From Patescibacteria group bacterium (GTDB lineage: Bacteria > Patescibacteriota > Minisyncoccia > Phycocordibacterales > UBA9973), in NCBI GenBank assembly GCA_038064635.1, contig JBBTSS010000007.1, positions 9,163-66,399 of the forward strand: a stretch of 57,237 nt of DNA, read 5' to 3'. The position numbers were made by a program, and so were the translations under genes. Within the stretch, counting starts at the first letter, position 1. Each line of letters begins with the position of its first letter. The notes under the pieces were generated by a model, which had not been told where the DNA came from, ran no database searches, and worked only from the letters and a program-made list of their open reading frames with translations. This document shows, piece by piece, positions 55,606-57,237 of this stretch.

Positions 55606-55914
55606 ATGTTGAAAATAAGATTACAAAGAATAGGTAGAAAGAACGACCCGAGCTTTAGAGCCGTTTTGACTGATTCAAAAAATGCTGCAAAGAGTGGTAA
55701 ATTTTTGGAAATAGTTGGAACATACAATCCAAAAGCAGGTGAGACTACTTTCGATGCTGATAGGATAAAACATTGGATATCTAAAGGTGCAAAACTTTCA
55801 GATACTATGCATAACTTCTTGGTGTCTAAAAAAATTATTTCTGGAAAGAAAGTAAACGTTCTTTCAAAGAAAAAACCTACTCTAAAGAGAAAAGAGTTGA
55901 AGAAGACTAAATAG
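55606..55914 (+). CDS. rpsP: 30S ribosomal protein S16
   Basis: The MLKIRLQRIGRKNDPSFR N-terminus is typical of S16. Confidence 0.95.
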   Translation: MLKIRLQRIGRKNDPSFRAVLTDSKNAAKSGKFLEIVGTYNPKAGETTFDADRIKHWISKGAKLSDTMHNFLVSKKIISGKKVNVLSKKKPTLKRKELKKTK

Positions 55915-55995
55915 TTTTATATAATAGTTAAAGCAGTGCAATCTTTTTGGTCGTACACTGCTAGCTGATTAAAAATATTAATCCGAATTGAAATT

Positions 55996-56325
55996 ATGCA
56001 AGACGCTGACAAAGGATTTCTAGAATACGTTGTGAAGGCTCTTGTCGACAATCCGAACGATGTAAAAATCGATCGTACTGTTGATGAAATGGGTGTACTT
56101 ATCAGTCTTACTGTGAACCCAGCAGATATGGGTAAGATCATAGGACGAATGGGTAATACTGCAAAAGCTATTCGCACATTGCTCAGAATAATCGGTATGA
56201 AGAATAACGCTCGCGTTAATCTTAAGATTAACGAACCAGCAGGTTCTGAAAGACCAGCACCAGCTCACTCATCAAATACGATGAAGACTGTTGATCAAGC
56301 AATGGAAGACCTAAAAGGAATATAA
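55996..56325 (+). CDS. KH-domain RNA-binding protein (YlqC/UPF0109 family) with a C-terminal extension
   Basis: GKIIGRMGNTAKAIRTLL contains the GxxG KH motif. The position after rpsP is conserved. Confidence 0.85.
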   Translation: MQDADKGFLEYVVKALVDNPNDVKIDRTVDEMGVLISLTVNPADMGKIIGRMGNTAKAIRTLLRIIGMKNNARVNLKINEPAGSERPAPAHSSNTMKTVDQAMEDLKGI

Positions 56326-56351
56326 TATAAGTGTTTTATCGCTTAGTAAAG

Positions 56352-56376
56352 AAACTCAGGAAACTGAGTTTTTTTA
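56352..56376 (+). terminator. Intrinsic terminator 1 of a tandem pair
   Basis: Stem AAACTCAG/CTGAGTTT followed by TTTTT. Confidence 0.7.
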
Positions 56377-56380
56377 TTTA

Positions 56381-56408
56381 CCCCGTCACTCGCGAGTGAC
56401 GGGGTTTT
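56381..56408 (+). terminator. Intrinsic terminator 2 (perfect GC-rich palindrome)
   Basis: CCCCGTCACTCG/CGAGTGACGGGG followed by TTTT. Confidence 0.75.
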
Positions 56409-56414
56409 ATTTTA

Positions 56415-56423
56415 TGTTATATT
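56415..56423 (+). promoter_or_regulatory. Extended -10 promoter (TGTTATATT) abutting the start codon
   Basis: The hexamer ends 6 nt before ATG 56430. Confidence 0.45.
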
Positions 56424-56429
56424 GATAAT

Positions 56430-57152
56430 ATGCGTTTTCATATAATTACAATTTTCCCAGATATCTTTAATTCTTACCTAGGAGAGTCTATTTTGGGCCG
56501 GGCGATAGAAAATAAGAAGATTCAAATCAAGTTTTATAATCCAAGAGATTTTTTACCCAAGAAAGAGAATAATTATAAGCCCGTAGATGAGCGTCCGTAT
56601 GGTGGCGGACCAGGAATGGTTATGAAAGCAGAACCTATTTTGAAAGCAGTAGATAAAGCAATATCGGTTGCAGAGAAGTTTTCTCGAGGTCCTCGGATCT
56701 CCTCGGTAGCACCTCGGAGAGATCGCTTGGGAAAACCTCCGAGCAACCTTCTTATTGTGAATTTTGTTCCTAGCGCAGAAAAATTTACGACAGAATTTGC
56801 TAAAAAAGTTTCTAAAAAATATACAGACATTATTTTAATTTGTGGACGATATGAAGGTATCGATGCTCGAGTAGATAAGATTTTAAAAACAAAAAAGATT
56901 TCAATAGGGGACTATGTACTCACAGGTGGAGAACTTCCTGCCATGATAGTGGTAGACTGTGTCGCTCGACAGATCCCAGGAGTTTTAGGTAAATTTGAAT
57001 CCTTAGAAGAAGAGAGAGTTTCAAGTAGTGAAGTGTACACAAGACCTGAAATACTAGTATATAAGGGTAAAAAGCATAAAGTACCTAAGGTCTTGCTCTC
57101 TGGAGACCATAAAAAGATAGAAGAGTGGAAGCAAACAAGCCAAAAAAAGTAG
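56430..57152 (+). CDS. trmD: tRNA (guanine37-N1)-methyltransferase, with an internal insertion of about 22 aa
   Basis: RPYGGGPGMVMK, CGRYEGIDARV and GDYVLTGGELPAM. The segment between the first two motifs is about 23 aa longer than in E. coli TrmD as I recall it. Confidence 0.93.
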   Translation: MRFHIITIFPDIFNSYLGESILGRAIENKKIQIKFYNPRDFLPKKENNYKPVDERPYGGGPGMVMKAEPILKAVDKAISVAEKFSRGPRISSVAPRRDRLGKPPSNLLIVNFVPSAEKFTTEFAKKVSKKYTDIILICGRYEGIDARVDKILKTKKISIGDYVLTGGELPAMIVVDCVARQIPGVLGKFESLEEERVSSSEVYTRPEILVYKGKKHKVPKVLLSGDHKKIEEWKQTSQKK

Positions 57153-57168
57153 AATCCACAAGTATTAT

Positions 57169-57196
57169 TTGACAAAAGTCTTAAAATAAGTATACT
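57169..57196 (+). promoter_or_regulatory. Sigma-70-type promoter TTGACA-16-TATACT
   Basis: Downstream of trmD. It presumably drives the next gene, beyond the window. Confidence 0.5.
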
Positions 57197-57237
57197 ATCT
57201 TTGATTGTATGGATTGAGTTTCGGATGTACTCCAATC

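Overview
This is a low-GC bacterial chromosome segment. By hand count, typical 60-nt lines are about 27-35% GC. There are about 50 protein genes, two class-II tRNA-Ser genes and no rRNA, CRISPR array or transposase. Housekeeping ORFs are full length under the standard code. The gene content suggests a small-genome, monoderm-type lineage such as Candidate Phyla Radiation/Patescibacteria: secretin-less type IV pilus, ComFC, shortened aaRS genes, many fusions and few Shine-Dalgarno sites. This placement is an inference, not a database result.

Layout, in order:
1. tRNA-Ser, then an M15 cell-wall peptidase and a convergent C5-methyltransferase/HNH endonuclease pair.
2. Malic enzyme, an unknown ORF, an ATP-grasp enzyme and ComFC.
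3. A 16-kb single-strand type IV pilus/competence locus (6178-22320): pilM, pilN-like, pilO-like, an unknown gene, pilB, a CheY-like receiver, pilT and pilC. These are followed by two 100% identical tandem major-pilin genes, a 1047-aa secreted multi-repeat protein, a third pilin, the prepilin peptidase and four minor pilins.
4. ligA.
5. A GC-elevated three-gene island of unknown membrane or secreted proteins, lying 3' of tRNA-Ser(GGA).
6. Housekeeping genes: truB, TerC-like, SulP, a UvrD-type helicase-nuclease, trhO, pheST, gyrB, thrS behind a T-box leader, rpmF, rnc, rnr, rpsP, a KH protein and trmD.
7. Unusual architectures: a NusB-NUDIX fusion, a hinge-less 747-aa SMC, an S11 carboxypeptidase-CapA fusion and a GC-rich in-frame insertion in trmD.
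8. Two more GC-elevated single genes: an aminotransferase and an orphan membrane protein behind a long 5' hairpin.
9. A 398-aa membrane-anchored protein built from about 50 tandem hexapeptides (PGSYxV), driven by the best consensus promoter in the window.

The candidates I consider most likely to be new biology are the pilus-embedded giant repeat protein, the Tyr-hexapeptide repeat protein and the tRNA-adjacent GC-shifted island. All coordinates of hairpins and promoters were derived by hand and may be off by 1-2 nt.
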